DNA of 16,181 bases from Fibrobacteria bacterium (GTDB taxonomy: Bacteria; Fibrobacterota; Fibrobacteria; UBA11236), in assembly GCA_043732185.1 (NCBI GenBank), contig JAYTHY010000013.1, positions 1 through 16,181 on the forward strand, given 5' to 3'. Each line of letters opens with the position of its first letter. Position 1 is the first letter of the stretch. The position numbers and the translations under genes were made by a program. Below the pieces are notes generated by a model. That model was not told where the DNA came from, did not search any database, and saw only the letters and a program-made list of their open reading frames with translations. Of this stretch, positions 16,099 through 16,181 are shown piece by piece.

Positions 16099-16181
16099 CC
16101 CGGTCCTCAAATGGGAGAGCCAGTGGGCTCGCTGGACTTGACTTTCCATTGGGATCCGTCGCCCAAGGCCGGCAGGGAAAA

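Noticed and set aside
16107..16181. Possible 3' end of a minus-strand gene (FSLPALGDGSQWKVKSSEPTGSPI*) or start of a + strand ORF at 16111
   Set aside because: Too short to choose a strand or assign a product.

Overview
A bacterial chromosomal window. The pilin signature 'FTLIELMVVIVIIGIL.A.AIPKMFG..AKAKA.E' resembles Fibrobacterota pilins (my recollection, not a database result). Left part: 3' end of sdhA plus sdhB, a bidirectional hairpin, a lipocalin-like lipoprotein, a lipoprotein/OmpA pair, an AAA_14-DUF4143 ATPase, tRNA-Leu(CAG), a SEC-C protein and an FGE/SUMF1-domain protein. Middle: a type IV pilus locus with a pilin-accessory-like gene, a sigma-54 promoter, two tandem pilins, a terminator and an O-antigen-ligase/oligosaccharyltransferase-like gene with a damaged 5' end. 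Right: four toxin-antitoxin (TA) modules in about 3 kb, then a small membrane ORF and a DUF4301 gene. The most striking features are (i) a 61-bp direct repeat, duplicating the 3' end of the ligase gene, that exactly brackets one TA module as a 546-bp integrase-free cassette, and (ii) two toxins with apparent in-frame internal deletions, plus a partner gene frameshifted in an A7 run.
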